From Octopus sinensis (taxonomy: Eukaryota): a stretch of DNA of 64,000 nt. The notes under the pieces were generated by a model. It saw only the letters and a program-made list of their open reading frames with translations. It had not been told where the DNA came from and did no database searches. The DNA lies in assembly GCF_006345805.1 (NCBI RefSeq), contig NC_043002.1, positions 63,240,001 to 63,304,000 of the forward strand, in the 5' to 3' direction. The number at the start of each line of letters is the position of its first letter. Positions within the stretch are counted from its first letter, which is position 1. Shown piece after piece: positions 26,366 to 41,432 of the stretch. A program made the position numbers and the translations under genes.

Positions 26366-27638
26366 ATACACACAGAAACATATATAACTTAACATAATGA
26401 ATATCTGATTAATAATATATGTTATCATTATTGTGCGGTGGTGGTGGGCGATAATAATTCACCGTTGTAAAAGCCCTGTAGCAGGAATATTTAAACTTCA
26501 AGAGAGGGAAATATATTTCCGACACAATATAATAATTTACTATTTTATTCCTCTCCATTAATCACACTTGCAGTTGTCAACGCTTTCTCTCTATAGAAAT
26601 AGAAAGACGCACAAATAAAGAGGGAGAGAGAGAGCGAGGCTGGGGGGGGGAAGAGCGACAGAGAGACAGCGAATACGGAGAGGGAAAGAGAGTGAGTAGA
26701 AACTGTCAAAAGCCTTTATAGAGATAATGAGAAAGGAAGGCGGAAAGAGAGAGATGGAAGAAGAAAGGGTGATAACCGTAAGTAAGGAACAACAAACACT
26801 TGTCAAAGTCCGTTAAAAGACGATGAATTTTCACTGTTTGCGATAGCAACCACATCTTTATAGCTTGCGAATTTTAACCATCGCGGGTCTCATCCTCACC
26901 ACGCATTTAGTGTCGCTGCCAATTTTCAGCTCGATGTAAATAATGTACATAATTCCTCATCTCTTAACTACAGAACTGTATTTCAATTTATAATATCTGA
27001 ATATAATTAGGGAAGGAATATTCAGGCTCTTTGTAGTAACCCTATGGAATGCAGTCATCCGCTGTACAATACATTCCTTGTCAATGAAAATCATTGTGAT
27101 TTTCCCACACTACAGCTCAAATTACTGCTAATAATTGTGTTCGAAGAGTAGTGTAACAGTAGTTTCAGATATTTTCAGATTTGTTAACTCTTTTTCTGTT
27201 GGTTACTCTATTATTAAGCATGGATTAAATATTAGAATCCTCTAAATTAATGAATTTGATTATTATCGACAATAGTTAATGAACGAAATACTGAAGATAG
27301 TATGATCGACCCTTAGTTAGATGTAAGACATAGATGAAACGATTCGTGTGTCAACGAATCATAGTTCAACGTCGTACTATCTACGTGCTCTGATCAATGA
27401 CTGCTGAATGGGGTTGAACAATTAGCGAACTACTTGCGGATAATACATATCATGTGGGGGTGATATTGATAATAATATTAAAAATGATAATAATATTGGT
27501 GATGCTAGTGCAGCCATTATGAAAACATATTTAGACTGGAAATACACATAATGCACACACACAGACAACACATATATACACATATCTATCTACCTGTCTA
27601 TTTATTTATCCATCTATCTATCAATATATATATATATA

Positions 27639-27709
<71 letters not shown>

Positions 27710-30280
27710 TGAGTGTTTATGTATATATATATAATATATATTCAAAACCAAACACAGTGAATGTAATATAACAATGGCATAAATTTAAAATACATGAAGT
27801 CATGTACATAATACAATAGATGCTAAAATAAATTGCTTTATCATCATCATCATCATCATCATCCTTATTGCTGTCCTCATTATCATTCTTTCAGCATCAA
27901 CATCATCATCATCGACGTCCGCATCATCATTCACATGCAAGACTGATATATAACCATCCTTCAAAAATCAAACTGCGAGTTTCTTTCTTTTTTTACTTTC
28001 ACCTATTCTTTCTCGTTCATTTCACATTCTCCATTTTGTGTATTTTCCACATTACGTTCACTAAGTATTTTTTCTTTAATTCAAATTTTGCTTCCTCATT
28101 AAATTTTCTCCCTCATTTTTAATCTTGAAAATTGAAGATTAATTTTCAATCACGTGACATTAACTGTTCAATAATTATGATGTGTTTCCACCATCTTATT
28201 CTCTTTCGTAGCTTTCCCCTTTCCCGACCTGATTTCACTAAAAATGAATAAATAAATAAATCACTCAATAAATTTTGAATAAACAAATAAAAATGAGTTT
28301 TGAATTAATCGTTAGATTACGTTATATTCATTAAATCGCTTCACCTTTTTTCATGAAAGGTATCTATTCAGAAATTTAATTTATTCTCATATGGAATTTA
28401 TGGTGATTAGCTTAACGTAAAATACGATCAATGAGAAATTTTAGGGAGCTTTTAAATGTAGCAAATCATTAATATCTCTGTATGAATACTACTTCAAATC
28501 ATCGAACGTACTTAAGGGAATAGATGTAATTACTTCAGCACGCACGTCCATATGAACAGATGATGTGAAACAAAATGGACGTCATACAGGTTACACGATA
28601 ACACGAAGGAATTTATTAATGATTTTCTTTTTCTTCCAATGTCAGACTAGAGAAGAGATGAAACTGCCCATATATTTGAAATCTCCTTTAAAGTTTCAAC
28701 ATTCGTGAAGATGATGCTTAACATGAAACATGTGCAGATAAATAGCTGCTGGGAAGACTTTGACGAAGCAAAACGACTGGAGTACGCTACGTATGCCACA
28801 TGAAAAATATTTTCTCTTGTTGATTCTATATAATGGTAGTCTCTGGTAGCACGAGAAAGATGGTTCTGCAATTTTTTTCCTTAATAACCTGCACTAACCA
28901 TTTGTTTATAGTTATCGAATGTATGTGTTGTCATTAAATCTCACCTACCATCAAATCGACGTTGCCTGAGGACGTGGTACTGTTTACCACACGTGAGGTG
29001 CAGAAGGAATCGTAGAGTATCATGAGATCTTGTTATCCTGATGCCAACACCCTAAACGCTACCTCCTGCGCCTACACCCTACCGCTATATATTGTTTAAA
29101 AACAGGCATATTAGAAGATTTTATTCCAGGCAGTTCCACAACTTCATGCTCAATAATAATTACATATATATGACTCAGATGTTGATTCCAATTTAATACT
29201 GTTTTAATTGTCTACACCGGAACCTGTTCCTACAGCCTGCCAAGCTTCCAGAACATCAATAAATGGCTTATTCCCCGTTTCCTATTTATCAATTAATAAA
29301 TTTCATTTAAGCAGCGGATCACGGTGTGAACGGCACTGACAACATTCAAGAAAAACAAAACATATCCCTCGTTATCGTGTGTCACTGCAGCAACGACGAC
29401 TGTTTCGCTTACCTATATATTGTATTCTTAACACAAGTTTATGAAGAGCTGTTATCCAAAGCTGTTCATGGCATCACTCCTTGTAATGGTGTGAATACAT
29501 TTAGTATGATACACAGATGGGGATATTAATTTAACTGCCTTTCTATGGCATGCACCGAAATTTGTTCTAAATTTTGGCAAGCTTCCGAAATATCATTGAA
29601 TGCTATATTTACTGTATCCTATAGCTCGAAGCATACATTTTGCTGAAGCAGGTCACAACTGAGTGCACAGCACTGTCAAGCCTTAAAAGCAGCGAAAAGC
29701 ATCTGTCGTTCTCGGTATTCACTTCATTCGGAAAGATATTGTCTTTCATGCAAAAATCGATGATGAGATTTTATCTTAGATAATTCTACTGCATAATGCC
29801 TTCTAATGGTTCCTATACATTAAGTATAAAATATAGATGACAGTCGTTCTTCAGTATTTCTGTATTACGATCAGAGGTATTATTTCTTTGATATTAAGAG
29901 GTGAAGCTAAACATAGCACATTTAGTTTGAAACCATAATAAATAATCCAAAATGCTACGGATTTTACAGACAAAATGCAGTAATGGCCTCAAGGGAATTT
30001 ATTCTCATGAATCTATATTTTCAAGTAAATTTTTGAATGTGAATGTCATCTGAGAATAGTGAACAAAATGTATTGCTGTAATTCACCCACTTCCCGAGGG
30101 AAAAACACACATCAGCTTAAATACTAGGCATTAAGACGATTTCTTAGCTTACTATGCTCCGTGCATCACAATCACTGATACAAATAATTGAAGAACAGGG
30201 AAATACATACATATGCATATATGGAAGCATACATACACGATTTTTCATATATGTGCACATGCATACATACACACACACAC

Positions 30281-30385
<105 letters not shown>

Positions 30386-30651
30386 GTATATGTATGTATT
30401 TATACATATATACTAACACGCATATATTCTTACAATCTTACAATGCTGTACATATATGATATGAATGTGCTTGTGTGATTGTGTGTTTGTGTGTGTGTGT
30501 GAATATAAGTTAAATAATATGTAACTTGAACCATCCAGTGTGCAGGACGCGTTAATGGTATCCGTAATATATGAATTGTGTTGGGTCAAAAATTTTGCAA
30601 TATTTTGGTAACCTATTCGCTTTATTCGTCAAGCTACAACAAAAAATGGAA

Positions 30652-31032
30652 GCACTCTGTCGGTTACGACGACGAGGGTTCCGGTTGATCCGAATCAACG
30701 GAACAGCCTGCTCGTGAAAATTAACGTGTAAGTGCCTGAGCACTCCACGGACACGTGTACCCTTAAAGTAGTTCTCGGGGATATTCAGCGTGACACAGAG
30801 AGTGACAAGGCCGGCCCTTTGAAATACAGGTACAACAGAAACAGGAAGTAAGAGTGAGAGAAAGTTGTGGTGAAAGAGTACAACAGGGATCACTACCATC
30901 CCCTGCCGGAGCCTCGTGGAGCTTTAGGTGTTTTCGCTCAATAAGCACTCACAACGCCTGGTCTGGGAATCGAAACCACGATCCTATGACCGCGAGTCCG
31001 CTGCCCTAACCACTGGGCCATTGCGCCTCCAC
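30652..31032 (-). mobile_element. SINE family C (tRNA-Arg-like head), full-length
   Basis: Head GTGGAGGCGCAATGGCCCAGTGGTTAGGGCAGCGGACTCGCGG...GGTTTCGATTCCC. Confidence 0.9.
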
Positions 31033-31199
31033 TACAACAAAATAGTTTAGTATTCAAATGAGATATTTCAGCCAGATCTTTGATCCTTCGCTAATAGCAA
31101 GTTTTGTCCTTCGAGACGAAGAACTCCACCCTGAAGCCTCCGCTTCCCTTTGAAGTGAGCAATGGATTAGAACAAGGAATAATCTGAGGTCCGTAATAT

Positions 31200-31600
31200 A
31201 TGTTATGTGGGGCATCAGTTCGTTTCCCTAACGTTCTTGGATTTCATTCCGAGTCGTTCCTGTCATATGATGTCATACGTTGTCTTGCTGCCAAAGAGCT
31301 CGCTTTCTTTTAACCAATGCCAGGTATCTTTGCCCACAATGACATACATCTGCTCCAGGTGTATGTCACTGGTTCGACCGTCCAGAACCAATTCGTAGTG
31401 AAATATCCCCTCATAAATCCACCAGGCGTATAGCATCAGCTTGTGTTTGAAAAGTCCATGTTTCACAACAGTTTCCAGAAGCTGGCTCTTGAAAAGCTAC
31501 TGTTTATGCACGCTGGGCGTGCGGAAAATAAGCCTCCTTATAAACTTGTTCCAATCCATGACTCAATTCCTACGTTAGTGATTCTTCATCAAACAAGAGA
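31200..31600 (-). mobile_element. Mariner-family transposase remnant
   Basis: KHGLFKHKLMLYAWWIYEGIFHYELVLDGRT resembles the mariner KP.LH.KKVML.VWW...G..H.ELL..G.T motif. Confidence 0.75.
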
Positions 31601-33479
31601 GGAATGGGAGATTCAGTAAGATATTTCGTCTCAAAGGACAAAAACTGTTAGAAAGGTGGCTTCAGACAGTTCAGTACGATGGCCTCTACTTTGATGGATA
31701 ATCTGCTTTCGTAGAAATATGACGATTAAAGCAAATAAGTTATGTTAGTGAAACTTTATTCGTTATTAAATTAACCATTTCTTTCAAATGTCGCATCAAA
31801 TTAAGTTTTTAAAAGAATGGTAATGTTGACGGTTTTAAATTAAGTATTGATCATATTTAATCGATCATTAAGTAAAAGTACAATGGACATACTATTATTT
31901 ATGACACCTGGTTTATAATGCCTGCATTGTCCTGCTTCACTTTTGCAATATGATTAGATTTTACGTTTTGAGTGAGATCTGTAGCTATTTCTTTAAACTG
32001 TATCCTCTAGTATGACCCTGGTTCAGGATTTCCTGGAATTTGAGGAATGTAGCTCACCTCCTACCACTATTTTCTCCGGTTCTATGCTGACTCGCAGTAG
32101 TAGCACCTCTCTGTGCCCCAGCGAGTTAACCATCCAAGCCATGCAACATGTGGTACATGCACTACTTTGGCAGATGAACTTTATTAAATCAAAGGTGAAT
32201 AACTTTTGATGCTGGGTAGAGGAACAGACAAGAAATTGTCAATCGTCAACATGAACTAGTTAAGTAAACAAACTACTGCTATCATTTGTAGATGTGGCCG
32301 GCCCCCGATATTTTTCCCACAAGTGTTCCAGACCTTAGCAATGAGCTCATTTGCATATAGCCTATCAGAGTTCACCTTGGCCTTGTTGTGAAGTTAACAA
32401 ACACACTTTACCATGTAAATTCAAGACGAAGGAGGGTGGTGCAAGTCGACCGATCGCCAAGTTATGCCTGATTTTAGAAGACAAGTAATTAGACACATTT
32501 GCTTCTATACCTATTATCAGTTTTTGTTAAGGCCCCATATGGTAAAAATGTGTATGGAAAAAATGTGGGTTGAGGGTGATGAGAAAAATGTGGCGAGCAA
32601 CACTCTTCCCTTACTGTTTTAAAAAGTAAACAACACAAATCACTACGCAGAGGCAGCCATAGTTGAAACAAGAGCAAGAACGACAAGTAGTAAAGGAGAA
32701 AAGAAGCATGGTTATTCCTTACCCAAGCGAACTTATCTTATCTCCCATCACTTGCTATGCACTCATAATTTAGTTTGATAGTTGAGCTCTGATTGGCTGT
32801 ATGAAAATGTGTTCATAACTTGGGCCTGGAACTCTCGTGGAAAAAAAAATTCTCAGCCCGCACAGATGAGATATATCAGCCAGCGTAAGACCGGTGTGGA
32901 ATAAAATTTGTATTAACCACGGGCGAGTAAAAAGACTGGATAAGATAATATCTAATAGAACGATCTATGAGATAGACTGTCCTTGGAAAGGCCGTGTATG
33001 TTATTTTCAGAAATGTGATGCCATTATTTTTTAGCTGTAGGATAACGGTTAATAAAGCTCTAATCTGCTTCAAATATGAAAATCCATTCGTAACTGTGAA
33101 GAATCGGTAAGCTAATCAAAACATTATTGATTCATTTAAAAACAAAAATTATACTTATATGTATTATACAAAAAAAAATATCTTAATGGATAATGATATC
33201 TATTCTACTTGGATAGCATCAAGTATCAATGTTTGAGGTGCATAGGCTCGTTCTATCAGAGATTGCTTGAGTCTACACTACTCTAAAGTTCCAATTCAAT
33301 GTTCGAACGGGATTGTGATGACAAAGAACTAAATGTCTTTTAAGGTTGCTGACTGGCATAAGTTCTAAAATGTTATAGTCTTGCAGTGAGTTCAAATCTC
33401 TAAGTGCACCAATGCATCCTTCTGCATTTAAAAGTAGATAAATAAATTCCCGTCAAGTCGTCATCGTTATCGTCGGCGG

Positions 33480-33890
33480 CGCAGCTTTATTTTATATTCG
33501 AGAAATTATTTTCTCCTCTGCTGAACGCTTCCTTTATGGCGATATTGTTAGTGACACGGAAGACCAATTCTTGCATAGAAGAGTCGATGGCATTGACTGT
33601 TGGTGGAGGACGAGGTTCATTTTGTCAACTCTTTCTCTCCTGTCGTTTGATATCTTCCTTTTTCTCTTTTAATGGCTTCGAAGATTTTGGTCCCGATGGT
33701 TATGGACGCCACCACTTGGGCTTGTGTTTTAAACGATTAAGGCTGAACACTAGCAGCTTTCAGTGATGCTTTGACATGGTCCTTGTATGTTTCAAGATGG
33801 TAACCCTGTGTTCATTTCCCTGATAGGAACGTAGAGATATTGTATAAACTTTTTTTTATCGTATTTTCGTAATCCTCCACACTCCCGTGC
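33480..33890 (-). mobile_element. Degenerate RTE-clade LINE 3' end
   Basis: YKDHVKASLKAASVQP...GTKIFEAIKREK and CHRLFYARIGL (terminal zinc-finger-like motif of RTE ORFs). Confidence 0.75.
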
Positions 33891-34435
33891 TCTCTCGCAA
33901 TACCTTACAACTGTCAAAACGGAAGTCTTGATAATCACCTGGAGGAAATAACCAAGAAATCAACGTTGCATTTTCTTATTACATATTTGTAACATGCTTG
34001 TACTAAATGTCTATGGAGGTCAGTAGGGACGCAGATCGATCAAAAGGTGTATGCTTTCTTAAGTATAAAAAGAGACATACACAGACACAAAGGCATACAC
34101 GCATAAGTGCATGTAATTAGCCAACATAGTGTTAAAAAGGATACTGTCAATTGCTATGACTTTGGAATTAAATTATCATGGATATCTGCAGGAATGCGAA
34201 TGTTAAGTGTTGCACAAAATTAGTTTTAATTTCATGAAGAGGCCGTAGAGAAGTGACAAAGTAATTTAGTCCAGACGGAGTTGAAGATTAGAGAGATTTG
34301 TCTGAGCTGTTAATCTTGGAGTCAGTATTCATTCCATTTTAATCACTGCTTAGAGAAGTCTAGCAAAGATAACAAAAACACGGGATGTGTGTCGGTGTGT
34401 GTTCGCGTGTATGTGCATGCGTGAATATATATATA

Positions 34436-34466
<31 letters not shown>

Positions 34467-34556
34467 CATACACATACCGACACAGACTGACATGAGGAAA
34501 CAATAATATTTTCATCTATTAGAATCAAACACGCGAACACACACACACAGACACAG

Positions 34557-34588
<32 letters not shown>

Positions 34589-34609
34589 ACACACACCACA
34601 CACACACAC

Positions 34610-34644
<35 letters not shown>

Positions 34645-35315
34645 TATTGTGTGAGAGTATGTATGTGTGTGCGTGTTTGTGTCTGTGTGACTGTGTGTGT
34701 ATGTCTGTGTGTGTATTAACTCAGAAACATGCTTATATAATGATGACATGTCTATGCTCGTGTGTGTATAAAGATATATGGGAATCCTTGTATGAATAAA
34801 TCTTGTAAAAATAATTGGAACGGTATATCACTTCACGCCTCTCAATGTACACATGAAAGGTAAAGTAAAACATCTATTTATTCTACAATACCTGATAAAT
34901 ACGGTAAAAGAAGAACAGTAAATGAAATCAAAGACCATTGAAGACATATTCTGACCCTTGCTCTGCCTATCTTTCCGAAATCTTCTGAATTATATCTACA
35001 ATATTTCTGTCTCATGCCGGGTCTATCTCTGTCTGACTAACTGTCTCTCTCTGTCTGTCTGTCTGTCTCTCTCTCACACTCTCTCTTCCTCATTCTCTCT
35101 CTATCCCTGGCCAACCGACTCTCTCGCATTCGTTATACACTATAAGCTTGCAATTAAAGATAGGCGTCGAATGAGTAGGATTTAAAACTGGACTGATGAG
35201 CGAAACACATGATAAGACTATTATGGATAAACAATCTACTTCCTTGATACAACAGCAGTGTCTGCCATTATCAACAATTTGTATATGTTAGCACTTAATG
35301 CGTATATATATATAC

Positions 35316-35370
<55 letters not shown>

Positions 35371-37127
35371 TATACGCGAGAAAGAAGCAACAAGAATGGA
35401 TAGGTTTTTAGTACAATCGTTTCATACAAGGACAGGCTTTATTAAAAGTTGTAAAAATTACAGCATATAAACGTGTCCCGTACTCATCAGCTAAAATACA
35501 TGTGAGTTCTCTAGACATCCTAGTGGTTGAGGCTATACTCATGAAGTAATGTAGATAATTAAGTAACATAAACAGATTTCCAAAGTTCATTAAAGTTCTT
35601 TAAAGATGATGTACATTCTTATCACAGAATTTTAAAAAAGTTCTAATAGCATCACAGAGAAGGTGACCTAATCCATAGAGCACATATGAATTTCCAGAGA
35701 TATGATGAGGGATTACATACATGTATAAAATAGATTTAGTTTTTTTCTGTTGCTTCTTGTCAGCTCTGCAAAGTTTTGTAGATCATAACACTGAAAATGT
35801 TTTTTGACTCCTAGTTTCCCACCGCATATGTTAATTCTTTTTCAATTCGTCATATGTTGGTTTTGCAATAATCTTTTAACCGTCAGGCTTCCATATTCTG
35901 AAGCATGAGAAAATTTTGTTGCTTCCATCTATATTTTACCATATGTTGAGTTTTGCATACGGCTTCCATAATTAATATTCTATATTGTGCGGAATATAAC
36001 AAAGTATATAAGTATTATCGACGAGTAATTATCAATGTATTCCTTTTTTGTAGTTTGCAGTATATAGCGTGTTAATTGCTCCTTATTGTTAATACATTGT
36101 GCGAATGGACAATATAACACCCGGAGTCCTGAAATTTAAAACATTCTGTTTCATTATATTGAATTTATGTATAAATCATATATTCATAAATATATATGTG
36201 TGTATGTGCATATGTATATAGAAATGGATACATCTATAAGTATATATGTATACTTATATTCATGTATTTCTATCTACATAGCATAAAAGCAGTAAAGCAT
36301 AACATTCATATGTACCACACTTTAAGTGTGCTCAACATATATTTCATTAAAACTGAACGAAATGTAGAATTAGAGGATTGTGTTACATAACGAGCTTAGA
36401 TTTAATTTATTTAATCAAAATTGATTTAATTTAGAAGCTGTTTTTACCCAAATTATCCGAAATGTCGTGTTATGCTAAACAGAATCCTTCACTAGTTATC
36501 TCGATGCAGATAAACCGATAACGGATTACTGTTTAACATAACACAACATTGCTGATTATTTGGATCAACACAATTTTTACATTAATCTAAATTAATTTAA
36601 TTTAGTTAAATTTAATTGTGTACACTAATTATGTAATTACCCAGTTGCAACAGATGGTGGGTACAATTAAAGGATGTGAATTTTATGCTTTCCTTGCTTC
36701 TATGGTATATAATTTATTCTAAATTTTTGATTTGGCCGTCCATGTACATGTATGCATGTAGGAACCACATGTTCCATGATGAATCTGAATTATATGATTT
36801 TAAAATGTCCCTCTGCTAAGCACTTATATTTCTATTTTTCTCTCTACCTCTTCGACAAACGTTTTAACCATTATAATTCCTATCTTTTATGTTTTTTTTT
36901 TACATTTCTCTCTTTCTCTTCACCTATGACTCATCAATCAATGCATAGTGCATGGTCTCGTTATCTTCCCTCTCATTCACCATCACTCACTCTAATAATC
37001 CCTCTGCTTTTCTCTCACTCCACATCCTCCTCTCTGACCAACTAAATCATAAAGTGTTAAGGAACAGATAGATGAATAATATTAAAGATCTAATTCAAGA
37101 AAAATACCTTTCCACTATCAGCTCACT

Positions 37128-37181
37128 GCCACCACCACCACCACCACCACCACCACCACCACCACCACCACCACCACCACC
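37128..37181. repeat. (CCA)n microsatellite
   Basis: Directly visible. Confidence 0.95.
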
Positions 37182-38081
37182 ATTATCATAATCACTATTA
37201 TTTTCAGTAACAAAGCTCATTTCATTTACATGCTGTCGATGTTTCTCTACTCTGACAATACAAATGCTACCTGCCTCACTGTTTTAATCTTTCACCACCT
37301 CTCTCCCTCTCTTCCGCTTTCTCTCTTAGTATAACCGTTCTCCTGTCCATCTCTGTATTTCTGCCTTTCTTTAATCTCACGAATAGAAATCACTTCCTGC
37401 AAAATATTGTATCCGAAATATATCTGTCTTTCTTTACACCCCTATCCTACAACTCGTCCGTTAACACTTCTCTCTTCCTCTTTTCTCTCACCGTTTTTTC
37501 TCTCACTCTTCGTCTCTCCCTTCAACTGTCCATGTGACTAATTCCGCCTTGTTATACATCTTTCTCAACTTTCATTCACTTTTTTCCCACTTGTCATTCA
37601 CTCCAATTCCACGTTTCTTACTAACTATACTATAACGAGTGTAAAACAGAGAAAATTATTTTATAAAGGTTTAGTAAATTTCCGTTTAGTGACACGACGG
37701 TCTGAGATAGCTAAGCTAGAAGCAATTAGAACAGCTGATGCAAAAGCACAGCAGCGTTTCACAACTGCTTGTGTATGAATATACAACATGCATTCTATCT
37801 CAATGTCTAGTGTAGCTACTGGTAATCAGGTGAGAATGTTACATTCGTTTGATTTATGAGGCTATCATTCCTTCACTTATGGAACTATTTATTTGTGTTT
37901 GCACCTTGTTAAATACGACATATCCTCTAGAGGTGGGGTAAATTTTAATTAATTAATAAACTACATTGTATGAAATTTGATATACCTGTAGTTTTGTTGT
38001 TGTTCAATCAAATGCCAGTGGTCAGCCTAACTTGCTTGTCTTAGACTTAGTCCATTTTTGAAGATTAATTATACATAAATA

Positions 38082-38470
38082 GGCGCAGGAGTGGCTGTGT
38101 GGTAAGTGGCTGTGTGGTTCCGGGTTCAGTCCCACTGCGTGGCACCTTGGGTAAGTGCGTTTCTACTATAGCCTCTGGCCGACCACACCCTTCTGAGTGG
38201 ATTTGGTAGACGGAAACCGAAAGAAGCCCGTCTTATATATGTATATATGTGTGCGTGTGTGTGTGTTTGTGTGTCTGTGTTTGTCCCCAACATCGCTTGA
38301 CAACCGATGTTGGTGTGTTTACGTCCCCGTAACTTAGCGGTTCGGCAAAAGAGACCACTAGAATAAGTACTAGGCTTACAAAGAATAAGTCGTGGGGTCG
38401 ATGTGCTCGACTAAAGGCGGTGCTCCAGCATGACCGCAGTCAAATGACTGAAACAAGTAAAAGAGTAAAA
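38082..38470 (+). mobile_element. SINE family A, near full-length reference copy
   Basis: tRNA-like head, CCTTGGGTAAGT core-like segment, tail AAACAAGTAAAAGAGTAAAA. Confidence 0.9.
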
Positions 38471-38481
38471 TTACATATATA

Positions 38482-38536
<55 letters not shown>

Positions 38537-38559
38537 GCATTTGTTTATATATTCAACAA

Positions 38560-38866
38560 AGATGCATTATTTTATGTGAATATTTGAGTAACCAAGATCG
38601 AAATTGTGACCGGCAGATTGGATTCTAAGAGCATTCCGCAGAAGGAAATGGGAACCTACGTCGGTCATTCTATCTCAAATGCTTCATATTTTGCACCCAC
38701 ACTAATTTATGGTAGCTATAAAATATCAACTTATGGCGCAGAAGAGGCTGAGTAGTTAGGAGTTTGAGCTATCCACACCAAGAACATGAATGTAATAAAA
38801 TGTTTTAAAAGAAATTTAAAGTGCCTAAGTGAAAACCGTAGACCTAATTTTGGGCCACCCTCTGTG
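38560..38866. mobile_element. End of a Tc1-like element (one terminal repeat)
   Basis: CCTAATTTTGGGCCACCCTCTG is the reverse complement of a CAG.GGTGGCCCAAAA Tc1-type terminus; the partner end was not found. Confidence 0.45.
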
Positions 38867-39099
38867 TGTGTATATGTATATATATATACCGTCATAGATA
38901 CATACACACGATTATAGAGGAACTCAGGCAGCAGACGTGCCTGCATAAAGCTGTGTGGTGAAACTTAGAAAATATGACAGTGATAGATGATGATAAAAAA
39001 AAAATTATTGACTGCGTGTAAAGGAGTGACGAGAGGGAGTGTGGAACATATATATATAATATATATATATATATATTATATATATATATATATGTGTAA

Positions 39100-39159
<60 letters not shown>

Positions 39160-39181
<22 letters not shown>

Positions 39182-39264
39182 TACATAGATAGATAGATAA
39201 ACAGATAGATAGATAGATAGATAGATACATAGATAGAGAGGTACATAGGTAGATAGATAGATAC

Positions 39265-39332
<68 letters not shown>
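39160..39332. repeat. (GA)n-(ATAG)n microsatellite
   Basis: Directly visible. Confidence 0.95.
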
Positions 39333-39979
39333 GATAAATGGGAATGATAGAGTAGAAAGTACGAGGGAGTAGGTAATGGTGTTACAGGAAGTGATTCAGA
39401 AAAATAGCATTAATGGCTTCCGTCGTATAGCGATTTGGTAGAGTAATTGGATGCAATGTAGTTATGGCAGCGAGAGAATAACGATTCCAAAGATAACAAC
39501 GTCAAGAACAGTACCAGGCATGACGTCAGAAAACATATCATTACGTGTGTCAAAATATAATAAAACGCAAGAATGCTCCAACAGTGTGAGTTGTCTCTGC
39601 TAATCATATAAATTACACCTTGTTAGGTTTTAGGCTGGTTGCTTCTGTGAAACGGTAAGTTAACTCATGTTGATGAGAGTTATGTTTAAGATATCAGCGT
39701 TGTCTCAACGTGTGTTAAAGATGTTCACAAATGTAAAAAGATGGAGAGATATTTGTAAATAGTATCAGATGAAAGCTCAAACAATTTCGCGTATGTGTTT
39801 TTCTCCTTCCATATACATAAGTATATAGAAAATAATAGTTGTGAACTTATGTATGTATAATTGTGTGCATGCACGCATGTGATGCCTGTATATTTACACA
39901 CGACAGTACAAATATCGCGTATAAACAAATATTGGAGTAAAGGGATTAACAAGTAATCATACATACTTTTATATTTATA

Positions 39980-40021
<42 letters not shown>

Positions 40022-40292
40022 TACGTATCTACATATATTTATGTATTTTTATATTCATACACACACGCGTACACATATAAACACACACACGCACACACAT
40101 ATTTCGTTTTTGGAGAGTCAAGACTATTGAAAAGTTTGCAAGACGCAACGAAAATATTTGGAAAATAAAGATAAGAAGTAAGTGGAAATTTTACCGGTGA
40201 GTGTGTTAAATTATAAGGCACAAAAAGAAAATGACTCTCCCCAGTAACAACAGAATATATCTATATACACACACACACACACACACACACAT

Positions 40293-40374
<82 letters not shown>

Positions 40375-41194
40375 ATATATACATGTGTATATTATATTTT
40401 TATATATATGTCTCTGTGTGTGTGTGTATGTATATGTATGTATTCTGGTAGGTAGGTAAGTAGATAGATAGATAAATAGATATATAGATAGATTCTGGCA
40501 GAGACCCACGATGATAATAGGTTGTTGATGTCATATGTTTTCCATTTATTGCGGGCACACATACATACACGTACATATACATATCAGAAATAAGTTGAAT
40601 CTATATTATATTATATTATTCATTATTTGAAGTATTAGCTATAAAGATCGTAATGTCTTGAATACATCCTTTTATTCACTTAAAAAAATAAATAAATATT
40701 AATGGAAATCTTAAGAATTTGTTTCAGCATAATTAACCATCACGATCGAAAATGTAAACCTCACCTATTCCTTTATTCAGATTTTTGGACATACACACAC
40801 GCACACACACACACACAGGTACGCAAGCACGAACATACGCACACACACATACACAGGTACGCAAGCACGAACACACATACACATGTACATCTGCACACAA
40901 ATTTATAGGTCTCTCTGTTTATCTGTCTCTGTGTTTCTCTTCCTCTCTCTCTCCCTCTCTTTCCATCTATATATCTGTCTATCAATCTATTTCGCTACAC
41001 CAACATATATATATATATATATATAAATTGTTGCCTACTTTTATAATCTGGTTTAATAAAAACAAGTTTACATTAATCTTACGGGTTACACTTGTGTAAA
41101 GTGCAAATTTATTATTCTTAAACAAAAAATTTTTTGAGAGTGACATTGACGTTACTCTCAATAATATGTGTATATAAACATACATATATACATT

Positions 41195-41430
41195 CATTCG
41201 TGCACAGAGGGCCAAAGAAATGAGAACCTACATTATGGTAGAATCTATCGCCAATCATAATAAAAAGATTGCAGTGGTGGAATGTCCTAGTGAAAAGCTC
41301 AACGAAATATAAGCATACTTGACCCGAGAGAAATTTGAATAGAAATGAGAAGTTCCAATGAAGAAGCCTTGGATCTAGGTTAGAAACCCGCTTTTTCTCT
41401 ATTGCCAAGAAATCTTGAAATAAAACTGAT
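41195..41430 (+). mobile_element. Internally deleted REL-type LINE, family D3
   Basis: 41232-41320 is homologous to 42012-42100; 41350-41430 is homologous to the D3 3' UTR at 42995-43078. Confidence 0.75.
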
Positions 41431-41432
41431 TA

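Noticed and set aside
27290-27390. CTGAAGA...GAAAC with local inverted repeats
   Set aside because: The spacing and pairing do not give hammerhead topology.
28647-28871. 74-aa minus-strand ORF and overlapping plus-strand frame
   Set aside because: No coherent splice-site pair and no recognisable motif.
28945-28979. 35-nt exon candidate YHVLRQRRFDG
   Set aside because: Poor acceptor tract, and it lies in what looks like an old SINE body. Kept only as an alternative in the gene-model finding.
30960-31032. tRNA-like sequences at SINE heads
   Set aside because: They are SINE promoter regions that continue into SINE bodies and lack a proper acceptor stem; not tRNA genes.
33909-33938. 30-nt minus-strand exon-like segment with good splice signals
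   Set aside because: It abuts, and may be part of, the RTE remnant; its role cannot be resolved.
35190-35215. CTGATGA-gc-GAAAC hammerhead-like string
   Set aside because: No stem II, no NUH triplet in register, and no stem I pairing.
39521-39528. Perfect CRE palindrome TGACGTCA
   Set aside because: One 8-mer in 64 kb is near chance expectation, and there is no promoter context.
39634-39654. Plus-strand 21-nt microexon-like ttttag/gtaagt
   Set aside because: Short pyrimidine tract and no supporting neighbouring plus-strand exons.
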